Notes under the pieces: model-generated
Database searches by the model: none
Seen by the model: only the letters and a program-made list of their open reading frames with translations
Told to the model about the DNA's origin: nothing
Part shown: piece by piece, positions 1 to 9,694 of the stretch
Numbering within the stretch: the first letter of the stretch is position 1
How the letters are laid out: each line of letters opens with the position of its first letter
Made by a program: the position numbers and the translations under genes
Source: a virus
DNA length: 64,000 nt
Virus record (IMG/VR): IMGVR_UViG_3300042471_000650
Coordinates: 1-64,000 of that record
Direction: 5' to 3' (one strand)

Positions 1-1744
1 TTGTAATTGTGCCGACACCAGTGTAAGTAAGTCTGGTGCCAGAAATATCAGTTACAATACCGACATCAATATTGGCATTATTAGCATTCAGATTAGTAAA
101 ATCAGAATTTGTATAAGTTACATTTGTGCCACTTAAGGTTGTAATACTTCCAGTAGTTGCATCTAAAGTAGTAATCGTAGCAATACCACTAGTCAATCTG
201 GCGTTAGAAATATCAGTGATGATGCCAGTTACAATGTATCCATTATCTGCGTTCAGATTAGTGAAGTCAGAATTGGTTGATACAATATTGGTACTGTTAA
301 TTGTGGTGATTGTACCGACACCAGAAACATTCAGTTGTGGTGTTTGTAGTGTATCGTAAACAGTAACGCCATATCCAGTGGTCTCAAATTTTTTGAGGTT
401 GTCGTAATAAAGTTCTGCTGAACCATTTCTGTTAAAGTAAGCAGCAGTTTCTGTATCATTAACTCTTATAGCAACATCATCCCAGTTTGATATACTTAAT
501 AGTCCCTGATTATTTGTATATCCAACTCCAGCAGTAAATGCACCATCAACGACTCTGTATAGTGTAGTCGGACCAAAAGCATTAATTACAAATCCACCAG
601 TAGAAGTTGTAACGTTAGTAATCGTAAGATTATCATTAACGTTGACCGTTCCACCATTAGAATCAAGTGTTAAATTACCAGTGACGGTATCAATTGTATT
701 ATCATCAGTAATTCCAATTTGAATATTATCAATCGTAGCTCCGCCGTTCGCATCAATCGCACCATCAAATGTAGAAATACCAGAAACATTTAGATTGGTT
801 AGATTAGTCTGAGTGCTATTCAGTGTGGTAATCGTGCCAACACCAGTATAATTCAGATTTGTGCCACTGATATTAGTTATAATTCCACTATTAATATAAG
901 CATTGGTAGAATATAATGTAGCGATACTACCAATACCACTGTTCAGAAGATTATTGGTTAGATTATTAATTGTACCAGTTGAACTATCTAAAGTAGTAAT
1001 TGTAGCGATACCACTTGAAAGTCTTGTGTTTGTGAGGTCTGTTACGACACCAACATTAATATAACCATTCGATGCATAAAGATTGGTAATCGTGCTAGTA
1101 CCAACAACTTCTCTAGTAACATCTAGATTTGTAATTGTACCGATACCAGTATAGTTAAGTCTTGTACCAGAAATATCGGTTACGATACCTACATCAATAT
1201 AAGCATTATTAGCATTTAGATTAGTAAAATCGGAATTAGTTGAAGTAATATTAGTGCTATTCAGAGTAGTGATTGTGGCAATACCACTCACCATTCTTAA
1301 ATTATTAATATCAAGAATTGTTGCAGTATTGGTGTTAAGAGTCGTAATAGTACCGACACCAGTATAATTCAGTCTTGTTCCTGAAATATCGGTTACGATG
1401 CCTACATCAATATTTCCAAAATTAGCATTTAAATGATCAAGATCATTATTAGTAGAAACAATCGTTGTGGCGTTGATTTGAGTAATAGTGGCAATGCCGC
1501 TCAACATTCTTAAATTATCAAGATCAAGAATTGTTGCAGTATTACTATTAAGAGTTGTAATAGTACCAACACCGCTTGTCAATCTAGTATTGGTTAGATT
1601 GACAATAGTGCCAATCCCAGAGTTAATATTTCCGTTAAATGTCGTAGATGTGACTACACCAGTAACTAATACATCTCCAATAACGTGTAGAGCAGATGTT
1701 GGATTGGTTGTACCTATACCTGTATTAGTCTTAAGTAGTGCCAT
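1..1744 (-). CDS. Repeat-rich tail fibre / virion structural protein (runs off the left edge)
   Basis: Absent from the ORF track because there is no stop in the window. ATG at 1744 gives MALLKTNTGIGTTNPTSALHVIGD..., followed by many GIATITTL/GVGTIT/VGIVTDI beta-repeats. Late-promoter-like TAAATA upstream. Confidence 0.8.
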   Translation of the reverse strand, partial: MALLKTNTGIGTTNPTSALHVIGDVLVTGVVTSTTFNGNINSGIGTIVNLTNTRLTSGVGTITTLNSNTATILDLDNLRMLSGIATITQINATTIVSTNNDLDHLNANFGNIDVGIVTDISGTRLNYTGVGTITTLNTNTATILDINNLRMVSGIATITTLNSTNITSTNSDFTNLNANNAYIDVGIVTDISGTRLNYTGIGTITNLDVTREVVGTSTITNLYASNGYINVGVVTDLTNTRLSSGIATITTLDSSTGTINNLTNNLLNSGIGSIATLYSTNAYINSGIITNISGTNLNYTGVGTITTLNSTQTNLTNLNVSGISTFDGAIDANGGATIDNIQIGITDDNTIDTVTGNLTLDSNGGTVNVNDNLTITNVTTSTGGFVINAFGPTTLYRVVDGAFTAGVGYTNNQGLLSISNWDDVAIRVNDTETAAYFNRNGSAELYYDNLKKFETTGYGVTVYDTLQTPQLNVSGVGTITTINSTNIVSTNSDFTNLNADNGYIVTGIITDISNARLTSGIATITTLDATTGSITTLSGTNVTYTNSDFTNLNANNANIDVGIVTDISGTRLTYTGVGTIT

Positions 1745-1785
1745 CTTATTTCTTTATATAAGGTTATTTATTTGCCACATTACGA

Positions 1786-2655
1786 CTAATAATTTACGTT
1801 GTAACCAGTATATATGGTCCAACTTGTACCATTACTGTTACCTTCAAAAACATAACTTTGATTTTGCGATAATGTATAAGTCGCATATTGCGTAGTTGCA
1901 CTCGCAACCATTCTTGCACCAGTTAATCGACTATGATTACCGACTAATAATTCAAGAACATTATTGCCACCAGTTACACTTGGATTAAATAATGTAATTT
2001 CAAGAACGATGTTTGGAGAACCCACAATACCAGAAGTTGCTGCAGTTCCTTCATAACGAATTCTTTGATAATCAGTTCCAAAGGCAAATCTAGAAACTCT
2101 TTGATAAGAGTTATCGGCAGAGCCAAAATGAAACTTTGGAACTGGTGGGCGAGTTGCACCTAATGCACCAAGATTTCCATATTCGCTTGCGCCAGCACTG
2201 AATGTCAAATAGGTATTCGAACCCATATAAGTTGTAGTATATCCAGATCCGGCAATATAAAATGTAAATGGAAGGCTAATAGTTAAAAAGTTATCATCTA
2301 CAGAGGCATTTTGTATTCCAGTCCAACTTCCGGTAGGAGGATAAGTTCCACCACCTGTCCCATAAACTGGTAATTTATTACCAGCAACAATACTATAGGT
2401 AGCAGCAGGAGCAGGAGGAGTTACATCACTTACACCAGTCAGTTCATCAAAATAATCATAAACTCTCAAGTCTTTATTATTCACAATTCTCATAGGAACA
2501 GTGCCTGATAATTCTGAAAATGTTCCTTCTTTCATTGTGTTGGAGTAAAAAACTCCATACTGGTCTACACTTACATTTCTACTTGGTGAAGAAAACTCAT
2601 CAAATAGATTTGCAAAAAGCACACCATCAGATCTTAATCTTGCTACAGTATTCAT
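1786..2655 (-). CDS. Putative tail tip/adhesin protein with a nidogen(NIDO)-like C-terminal domain
   Basis: N-terminal docking-like module ending FDELTG, PPAPAA linker, then a DDNFLTISLPFTF...YMGSNTYLTF motif; lies in the fibre cluster. Confidence 0.55.
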   Translation of the reverse strand: MNTVARLRSDGVLFANLFDEFSSPSRNVSVDQYGVFYSNTMKEGTFSELSGTVPMRIVNNKDLRVYDYFDELTGVSDVTPPAPAATYSIVAGNKLPVYGTGGGTYPPTGSWTGIQNASVDDNFLTISLPFTFYIAGSGYTTTYMGSNTYLTFSAGASEYGNLGALGATRPPVPKFHFGSADNSYQRVSRFAFGTDYQRIRYEGTAATSGIVGSPNIVLEITLFNPSVTGGNNVLELLVGNHSRLTGARMVASATTQYATYTLSQNQSYVFEGNSNGTSWTIYTGYNVNY

Positions 2656-3314
2656 TAGATAAAGATAAAGTCCAGAGAATTAAGAGCAGCATTATGTTGA
2701 ATTTCAAAACGATTAGAAGACCCACTTGCCTGCACACCAACCGTACCAATTACATCTAGAGTCTCTCTTGGGTTTGTGGTTCCCACACCGACCGTACCAG
2801 AAACGTAAGCACCTCCAGTTACTTGAAGTCGCTGTGATGCTGTTCCTGTTGTTGTACCAGACCCAATGAATACTGGACCATTGTTGAATGTGGAGATGCC
2901 AGAAACTTGTAACTGGGAAAATGAAGTTCCGGCAGAAACAATACGACCAATTGTTGCTCCAGTTCCAATGATATTGGTAATAGTTGCAATGCCAGTGATA
3001 TTAGCATTGCGAATTGTGGCAATACCAGTAACATTAATATTACGAGCAATAAACTCATCAAAAACTAAATCGTCAGCAACATAAAGATCTCCACCAACAT
3101 ACAAGTCACCACCAGTGGTTGTAATTCCTCCAGCAGAAGCAAGTGTAGTAACACCTGTTGTTTGTGTATCACCAATTACATATAAACTTCTACTCCCAGC
3201 GTTTGTCGTCCCGATTCCGACCTTGCCAGTAACCTGAAGCACTGTCCTACTTTCAGTACTTGAGGATACTCCTACATTTAATTGTGATTGTCTACCGGAA
3301 AGAAACTTTGCCAT
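2655..3314 (-). CDS. Tail fibre-like protein
   Basis: VGIGTT, GIATI and GISTF repeats; its stop overlaps the start of the next gene. Confidence 0.7.
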   Translation of the reverse strand: MAKFLSGRQSQLNVGVSSSTESRTVLQVTGKVGIGTTNAGSRSLYVIGDTQTTGVTTLASAGGITTTGGDLYVGGDLYVADDLVFDEFIARNINVTGIATIRNANITGIATITNIIGTGATIGRIVSAGTSFSQLQVSGISTFNNGPVFIGSGTTTGTASQRLQVTGGAYVSGTVGVGTTNPRETLDVIGTVGVQASGSSNRFEIQHNAALNSLDFIFI

Positions 3315-3322
3315 TTAGAGTA

Positions 3323-3664
3323 TTAGTTAAGAGTTTCTAGAACACTAGCAATAAATTTAATATTAGATGCGTTACTTGCAGAAAGAACTAACACATCATT
3401 CGATTCAAGAGTGAGTTTGCCAGAAAGCAAACTTACAGTATCATTGCCCTGAACTGCAAAATCTTTTAAAATTTCAGTTGTTACGGCAATACCTGAAGTT
3501 GTTCTTTGATGTGAAAATGAAACTGTATGAGTTGTATTACTAATATTCGCACACTGTGCAAGCAGAACGACTCCAGTATATCCAACTGGAGCAGTATAAA
3601 TTCCAACCGGATTTATTGTTGCTACTTTAGTAATTGTTTTAAATACATTTAATGGTAATGCCAT
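3323..3664 (-). CDS. Small virion/tail-associated protein
   Basis: Beta-rich 113 aa ORF between fibre genes. Confidence 0.55.
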   Translation of the reverse strand: MALPLNVFKTITKVATINPVGIYTAPVGYTGVVLLAQCANISNTTHTVSFSHQRTTSGIAVTTEILKDFAVQGNDTVSLLSGKLTLESNDVLVLSASNASNIKFIASVLETLN

Positions 3665-3667
3665 TGA

Positions 3668-5521
3668 TTAATCTCCTCCTAATGCTAGGATGAATGGTGT
3701 GAGTGTTGAAAACAAACTTTTAGAATAGAAAATACCAGAGATAGAACCTGTTGTTTGATTGACAACAACACCTTCACCAATTCTAAAGTTTCCTGCTTGG
3801 TCCGTACTTGTATAGACTACAAGACCACCATTTCTCATATCAACTTCATTATCTTGAATTGGAACACCACCTTGATTTGGAAGAGCAGAATTGATATCAG
3901 TTCCAGAACCAATGTATTCAAAAGAGTGTCCAGAAGCAAGAATTCGACTCTGTTTAAAAAATGGAATTGAAGATCCGGCACTTACTACATATGGGACATT
4001 TTCATTCACTGTAATAGTAGTTATCCCTGCAGAAATGGGTGTTGAGCTTAAAATTGCATAATATGTTGGAAGCGTTTCAAGTATTGCAGTTGCTGTATTA
4101 ATACCAACATCAGGAGATGAAATTGTAATTGTGGGTGGAGTCACATATCCTCTACCACTTGAAATTAATTCAATATTAACTACACTGCCGTTTCTAATTT
4201 CAGCAGCAGCTTGAGCACTAACTCCCCAATCTGTAGGAGGTGCTGAAATTGTAACTGTGGGAGCGTTTAGATATCCAGTTCCTGCAGATCCAACACGAAT
4301 TTTAGATACTGTATAATAAAGAGTATTAAAATAAATGACCTGACCATCAAATGGACGAATTAGATTTAGTTTAACTGTTCCACCAGAAACATAAGTATGG
4401 GGTAAAGTAGAAGTTCCAACATTAGCACTGAAAGTATATGTTGTTGGTGTAGATAATACATCAAAAACATATCCATTATTTCCACTCGGATATGTTACAA
4501 TTCCAGGTCCAGAAGGACAAGAAAAATTAAGACCTGCAATTGTAACTCCCATTCCAACTTCAAATCCGTGCTCATTATCAGTTGTAATCGTCACAATGCC
4601 TGTTACATTATTGTAAATTGCATTTGTAACATTAAATGTTGGATTATTAAAAGCTACTGCAAATGTATCTGCATTAACATCACTTGATGTTGAAAGTATT
4701 CCAGAGTATTTTTTAGGTCCAACACCATCAGAAACTAGTCCATAATTTCCAAATGATGCATTAGAATTTGTAAGATCGCAAGCACCACCACTTCCACAAA
4801 ATACTGCGGTGTCTGGGCAGATGGTAAAGAGTGAAACTAACTGTGCATATCCTTCATTTGTAATTGAAACACCAATACCACCTTGATTATATTGAGTATA
4901 AGAGTCAAGGACCATTGATTTAGTTGGTCCAATCGAATATCGCCCATCAACTTTCATTCCAATGCTGCTTGGAATAAAGTTAGTGCAATTTTGAATATAA
5001 GGAGACTGATTGTTATAAACTGGTTTACTAGGGTTAAATGCAAAAATAGCACCTGTATTTGAAGGTCCTACAAACGACATTTCAGCAATATAATTTCCAT
5101 TGCTCACATAAAAGAGATCTCCCTGATTTTGAGGAGTAACTGAAACTTCTCTTAAACTATCACCAACAATACTTACTTGGTTTGGTAGTGCAATTGGATT
5201 ATTTTCTACATAAGATCCAGCAGCAACTTTAATAACAGTTCCCGTTGTTGCTGCTGTGACTGCTGCTCCGATTGTTCTTTTTGCGTCTCCGAGTTTGAGT
5301 CCTGTGTTTGTGTCTTTTCCATCAGGAGTAACATAAAGAATATTTGTAACAGTAGCACCCGCTGCCACCCTAACGACTTCCGATCCAATACCTACTCTAT
5401 TTCTGACAGCATAGAGTTCAGCATCATTAATATTGTAAGCTAATTCGCCATATTGGAGCACTCCTTGTGCAGGTATTTTACCTGGCACGGCAGAGCGTTT
5501 AATTCGAATCGGAGTTGCCAT
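3668..5521 (-). CDS. Virion structural/tail protein with a beta-helix-like region
   Basis: IRIKRSAVPGKIP...GELAYN fibre-type N-terminus, YVTPDGKDTNTG...TIGAA motif and GxGYxxxPTVTIS repeats. Confidence 0.7.
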   Translation of the reverse strand: MATPIRIKRSAVPGKIPAQGVLQYGELAYNINDAELYAVRNRVGIGSEVVRVAAGATVTNILYVTPDGKDTNTGLKLGDAKRTIGAAVTAATTGTVIKVAAGSYVENNPIALPNQVSIVGDSLREVSVTPQNQGDLFYVSNGNYIAEMSFVGPSNTGAIFAFNPSKPVYNNQSPYIQNCTNFIPSSIGMKVDGRYSIGPTKSMVLDSYTQYNQGGIGVSITNEGYAQLVSLFTICPDTAVFCGSGGACDLTNSNASFGNYGLVSDGVGPKKYSGILSTSSDVNADTFAVAFNNPTFNVTNAIYNNVTGIVTITTDNEHGFEVGMGVTIAGLNFSCPSGPGIVTYPSGNNGYVFDVLSTPTTYTFSANVGTSTLPHTYVSGGTVKLNLIRPFDGQVIYFNTLYYTVSKIRVGSAGTGYLNAPTVTISAPPTDWGVSAQAAAEIRNGSVVNIELISSGRGYVTPPTITISSPDVGINTATAILETLPTYYAILSSTPISAGITTITVNENVPYVVSAGSSIPFFKQSRILASGHSFEYIGSGTDINSALPNQGGVPIQDNEVDMRNGGLVVYTSTDQAGNFRIGEGVVVNQTTGSISGIFYSKSLFSTLTPFILALGGD

Positions 5522-5577
5522 TTATGATATGCGGTATCTACCATAAGGTCAGTATTTACTGCCTTTGATATATTTAT

Positions 5578-5949
5578 TCAAGTTGCATTATTGCGTCTTG
5601 GGCGATAAGAAAATAGATTTGTAGGAGGATCTGGTTTCATCCACTCTTCTATTTTATTAAATTTATCTTCACTATAAAAATCTTGCTGGACATACCATAA
5701 CTTCCAGTGCTCGTGTCCCTTCGATTGATTACAAGAATGGCAGCAGCACACTACATTCTTTGTGAAATCTGCACCCCCTTTACATTGTGGAATGATATGA
5801 TCAATTGTTAGATTGTCTTCAGATCCACAATAAGCACATTTATTTTCCCAACTGTCCTTTATGTTTTGTCTCCATAATCGTTTCGCATCCCCACTATTTG
5901 TCACATATAAATGAAACAAATATTCTTGAGGCGAATGGAGAGGAACCAT
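5578..5949 (-). CDS. HNH endonuclease
   Basis: CAYCG...LTIDHIIP..KGG...NVVCCCHSCNQSKG. Confidence 0.85.
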   Translation of the reverse strand: MVPLHSPQEYLFHLYVTNSGDAKRLWRQNIKDSWENKCAYCGSEDNLTIDHIIPQCKGGADFTKNVVCCCHSCNQSKGHEHWKLWYVQQDFYSEDKFNKIEEWMKPDPPTNLFSYRPRRNNAT

Positions 5950-5982
5950 AAAAACCTTTGCTTTTCTTTTATTTATTTTCCT

Positions 5983-6258
5983 TCAGATCAATACTGGGTT
6001 TCCTAGTCCCTCTGGAAGTTTTTCTATAACTTCATCCAAAACCAATGCTGGACCATGAGGAAGTCCAATCTGTCCAGGAAGTTGCTTATCAGTTGTAGAA
6101 GTTACATCGATAATTTGATCTAAAATAAAACGATAACGATTATAAGAACGATTGTTTGGATCTAATCCGACCATCATTATTGCATCGTTTACGTCACCAC
6201 AATGAGCAATGACTCTTCCTGTTCTTGTTTCAGTTACAATCCAGTATTCATTCATCAC
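5983..6258 (-). CDS. Hypothetical protein
   Basis: ORF in tight tandem with its neighbours. Confidence 0.55.
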   Translation of the reverse strand: MMNEYWIVTETRTGRVIAHCGDVNDAIMMVGLDPNNRSYNRYRFILDQIIDVTSTTDKQLPGQIGLPHGPALVLDEVIEKLPEGLGNPVLI

Positions 6259-6583
6259 CAGGCGCCTTTGATGAAATTACTGGATTGCGATTCACATTTT
6301 TAATCACAATGAAAGCATCGTTCTGATAACTTGTGGTTCCATAAGGTTTTGACCACTTCGGATTGGCACCTTCTATTTGCTCAATACCACTGAAAGCAAC
6401 TCCACCAATATGAACTTCTAATTTATCATTCTTATCCCATCCAAGTTTTTCAAGAGCAATTGCCAGTTGTCCCAACATATCACCTGTTGCTTGTATCATT
6501 TTGCTTATCTGTAGTGGAAGTATTATACGACTTTTTTGGAGGATTGTAAAGACCAGGCCAAGTATCTCTAATAATCTCTGCAA
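6248..6583 (-). CDS. Hypothetical protein (true start may be ATG 6499)
   Basis: ORF track; overlaps the start of the next gene. Confidence 0.5.
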   Translation of the reverse strand: MQRLLEILGLVFTILQKSRIILPLQISKMIQATGDMLGQLAIALEKLGWDKNDKLEVHIGGVAFSGIEQIEGANPKWSKPYGTTSYQNDAFIVIKNVNRNPVISSKAPGDE

Positions 6584-6610
6584 GTTTATATGGTGTTTCT
6601 GAACTAATCA

Positions 6611-7321
6611 TCAATATTTCTCAAGTGAATAAATGCCATTTTTCTCTACAATGGCAGAACAAGTATCACACCAATCTCCACAGCACATATAAGTGATTTT
6701 ACCAAAGTTGCGAATATGCCCGTGATGAATATGCCCACAAATCACACCATCATACTTCTTATCTCTTTGAGCACAATATGAAGCAATATCAGTCTCATAT
6801 TGATTAATATAATTTTTTCCACGCACCGTATTCTTCAGAGCATAGACCAAAGAGAATCGGAAAAATCGTTCCAACCAAAAACTTAATGGAGTGATAATCT
6901 CATAACCTTTATTGAATACCAACTGCTTCCAAGACCCAGAAGAATACTCTGAATACTTGTCACCGTGAACACAAAGAAACTTATTTCCGTTTGAGTCCTT
7001 GTGAATATATTCATCTACCATTTTAAAGTTTTTATGCTCAAAATCACAATAGCGACGAATCTGTGCCTCGTGATTTCCAAGAATATAAATGACCTCTGTT
7101 CCTTTCTTTGCAAGGTTAAGAATCTGATGAACACATTCAGTGTGCTCTTTCTTCCAACGAGTATTATATTTTTCCATACAGGCAATATCAATAATATCAC
7201 CAACTAAAACTAATTTCTTGGTCTTAAGTTCTTTAAGAAACTTCAGAAACTTTTGAGTATTACAACGAGGGGTTCCTAGATGAACATCAGAAATAAAAAC
7301 TGTATCGTAAGTCATATTCAA
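6611..7321 (-). CDS. Calcineurin-like metallophosphoesterase (LpxH-like)
   Basis: SDVHLG, VGDIID, GNHE, HGD and GHIH motifs. Confidence 0.85.
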   Translation of the reverse strand: MNMTYDTVFISDVHLGTPRCNTQKFLKFLKELKTKKLVLVGDIIDIACMEKYNTRWKKEHTECVHQILNLAKKGTEVIYILGNHEAQIRRYCDFEHKNFKMVDEYIHKDSNGNKFLCVHGDKYSEYSSGSWKQLVFNKGYEIITPLSFWLERFFRFSLVYALKNTVRGKNYINQYETDIASYCAQRDKKYDGVICGHIHHGHIRNFGKITYMCCGDWCDTCSAIVEKNGIYSLEKY

Positions 7322-7479
7322 GACCTCTTTGGGGTGTAATTCATATCTTCAAGAAGTTCGTCTAGCATTGCTCCATATTCTTTAAATCTTCTGTCTCCTG
7401 CAATAAAACATCTTTGTCTCATCCACACAGCATCTGCTAAAAGTTTGATTTGCTCTTCTGAAAGTGAGAGGGTTTTCAT
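7318..7479 (-). CDS. Small hypothetical protein (53 aa)
   Basis: Read manually: MKTLSLSEEQIKLLADAVWMRQRCFIAGD...; stop overlaps the next gene. Confidence 0.55.
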   Translation of the reverse strand: MKTLSLSEEQIKLLADAVWMRQRCFIAGDRRFKEYGAMLDELLEDMNYTPKRS

Positions 7480-7504
7480 TGTTATGAAGTAACTGTTTTA
7501 TGTA

Positions 7505-7585
7505 TTAAAGTTCTTGTGTAAGGGACATCAGGAAAAGGAAGAATCCAAAGAGTTGGAAGAGTAGGAGGATGAGAAGGAAGGTCAT
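7505..7585 (-). CDS. Hydrophobic micropeptide (26 aa)
   Basis: MTFLLILLLFQLFGFFLFLMSLTQEL; ATGA overlap with the endonuclease stop. Confidence 0.4.
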   Translation of the reverse strand: MTFLLILLLFQLFGFFLFLMSLTQEL

Positions 7586-8103
7586 TGGTGTTTTTGTAGG
7601 TATTTAACTGCACTACTTAATGTATTTAAGTTATCACCAACCAATCCTAACATTCTATTACAATTACTACAGAGCAATCCACGAACTTTTCCAGTCTTAT
7701 GATCGTGATCTACATAAAGACTATTACTATCCTTTCTACCATTAGTATTTGGATTTAAACAAATAGCACACACTTCTTTTTGTTCTTGGAGGATATTTTC
7801 ATATTGCTCCAATCCAAAGTCTTCACCATATGTATATCTTAACATATAGTCTTTCTTCTCACTATAAGAAGGTCTCTTATGTTTATAACTTTCACTATAA
7901 CAACTCTTACACCTTTTATGTCCCTTATAATATTCTGATATTGGTTTTTCTACACTACATTTATTACAGATAATATGAGTTTTACTAGACCAATTTTCGG
8001 CATAAGTTTTTTCCTCACACCTCAAACATCTTCTACGACCTTCTCTAAAATCAGAGACAGGAAGTTCTTTGGTGCAAGTTCTGCAAATCTTCGTGGTTCT
8101 CAT
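7582..8103 (-). CDS. Free-standing homing endonuclease, endonuclease VII family (F-CphI-like)
   Basis: Two N-terminal CxxC...CxxC repeats and a C-terminal CAIC...VDHDHKTGKVRGLLCSNCN motif; directly downstream of psbA. Confidence 0.85.
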   Translation of the reverse strand: MRTTKICRTCTKELPVSDFREGRRRCLRCEEKTYAENWSSKTHIICNKCSVEKPISEYYKGHKRCKSCYSESYKHKRPSYSEKKDYMLRYTYGEDFGLEQYENILQEQKEVCAICLNPNTNGRKDSNSLYVDHDHKTGKVRGLLCSNCNRMLGLVGDNLNTLSSAVKYLQKHQ

Positions 8104-8124
8104 TATGGTATTTAATCTTTTAAG

Positions 8125-8132
8125 TATTTATA
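8125..8132 (-). promoter_or_regulatory. T4-type late promoter for the endonuclease
   Basis: TATAAATA about 20 nt upstream of the ATG at 8103. Confidence 0.7.
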
Positions 8133-8156
8133 AAATCTTAAAGTCCATCATAACAT

Positions 8157-8184
8157 AAAAAAAGAGACCCGTAAAGGGGTCTCC
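8157..8184 (-). terminator. Intrinsic terminator after psbA
   Basis: GAGACCC-ctttac-GGGTCTC followed by a U-run. Confidence 0.8.
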
Positions 8185-8191
8185 AATTTTA

Positions 8192-9497
8192 TCAACCGAT
8201 GGTTGGAGCAGTAAGAGCAACAGGAGTTGCTTCTACACTAGCAAGGTCCAAAGGAAAATTATGTGCATTTCTTTCGTGCATTACCTCTAAACCGAGTCCA
8301 GCACGATTAAGAATGTCTGCCCATGTATTAATTACATGACCTTGACTATCTTGAATTGACTGATTGAAATTAAAACCGTTACTCTGTTCCCTTAAATTTA
8401 CCATCTTTAAGGAGAGGACTATATCTTCATCCCAGTAGGATGTTGGGCGCTATTGGTGTATTACATCTCACGCTTGAGAAACCACCTAGTCTCTGAACCT
8501 TCCACAGAAGCGTCTGTGGCTTGGCTGCTGATTGCCCGTTTAGGAGGGATTCCAGCAATTCACCCAAAGTTTACCGTCAAATTGCTAGGACGGGACCCCG
8601 ACGATTGAGGTTAAATGCCATCGTAGAAACACCAAGAGCAGTAAACCAAATACCAATTACCGGCCAAGCAGCCAGGAAAAAGTGGAGACTGCGTGAGTTA
8701 TTAAAGGACGCATATTGAAAGATAAGTCGTCCAAAGTATCCATGTGCAGCCACGATGTTGTATGTCTCTTCTTCTTGCCCGAACTTATAACCATAGTTCT
8801 GACTTTCAGTTTCGGTTGTTTCACGAACCAACGATGAGGTTACTAATGAACCATGCATGGCTGATGCGAGAGAACCACCGAAGACACCAGCAACTCCAAG
8901 CATATGGAAGGGGTGCATCAGGATGTTGTGCTCTGCCTGGAACACCAGCATGTAGTTGAAGGTTCCAGAGATACCCAGAGGCATCGCATCAGAGAAAGAA
9001 CCTTGACCGAAAGGATAGACCAGGAATACGGCAGATGCAGCAGCGACAGGAGCACTGTAAGCAACACAGATCCAAGGACGCATACCTAGACGGTAAGAAA
9101 GTTCCCATTCACGTCCCATATAAGCATAGATACCGATGAGGAAGTGGAACACAATCAGTTGGAAAGGTCCACCGTTATAGAGCCATTCATCAAGACTTGC
9201 TGCTTCCCAAATAGGATAGAAGTGAAGACCAATGGCGTTGCTTGAAGGAACAACAGCACCAGAAATGATGTTGTTTCCGTACATAAGTGAACCAGCAACA
9301 GGTTCACGAATACCGTCAATGTCCACCGGAGGTGCGGCAATGAAGGCGACGATGAAACATACAGTTGCAGCAAGCAGTGTAGGAATCATCAGGGTTCCGA
9401 ACCAACCAACATAAAGACGGTTGTTCGTTGAAGTAACCCACTGGCAAAATTGTTCCCAGGAGTTAGTAGATTGTTTTTGTGCAATAGTAGCAGTCAT
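8192..9497 (-). CDS. psbA: Photosystem II D1 protein, spliced: exon 1 9497..8608, exon 2 8381..8192 (359 aa)
   Basis: Clear D1 sequence. Joining AAC CT|T AAC GGT restores MAFNLNGFNFNQ, and 890+190 nt = 360 codons. E130 marks the high-light type. Confidence 0.97.
8382..8607 (-). mobile_element. Group I intron (226 nt, no ORF) in psbA codon 297
   Basis: Exon ends in U and intron ends in G. Core elements P AAUUGCUGGAA, Q AAUCAGCAG, R GUUCAGAGACUA and S AAGAUAUAGUC are present. GGGU can pair with exon ACCU (P1). Confidence 0.93.
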
Positions 9498-9544
9498 TTT
9501 TCGTTAAAGGGTAAGTAAAAGTCCAGGGGGTTCTGGATGTTACA

Positions 9545-9615
9545 TTATTCCCCACACTACCCTCCAGTGTGGGTATGAGAGACTGTGTTTTACCTCCCCA
9601 TAGGTCTCGGTTGAA
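9545..9615 (-). ncRNA. Structured psbA leader, PhotoRC-II-like RNA motif
   Basis: GAGAC...GTCTC and CCCACACT...AGTGTGGG hairpins in the psbA 5' UTR; family assignment from recall. Confidence 0.6.
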
Positions 9616-9660
9616 AGAGGACAACATTAAGGATTTGTTACATTCCTTAACTTGTTGTTG

Positions 9661-9694
9661 TATTTATCATAGCATTGTCAGGAAATCCTGTCAA
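9661..9694 (-). promoter_or_regulatory. psbA sigma70-type promoter with an overlapping late promoter
   Basis: TTGACA-N17-TATGAT, overlapped by ATAAATA. Confidence 0.7.

Noticed and set aside
1-5521. Diversity-generating retroelement or invertible fibre switch
   Set aside because: No reverse transcriptase or invertase in the window, and the repeats differ mainly at synonymous positions rather than adenine-specifically.
8192-8404. ORF-track 70 aa gene, and an apparently truncated 306 aa psbA ending RRGPVLAI
   Set aside because: Both are artefacts of the intron; splicing restores a full 359 aa D1, so it is not a pseudogene.
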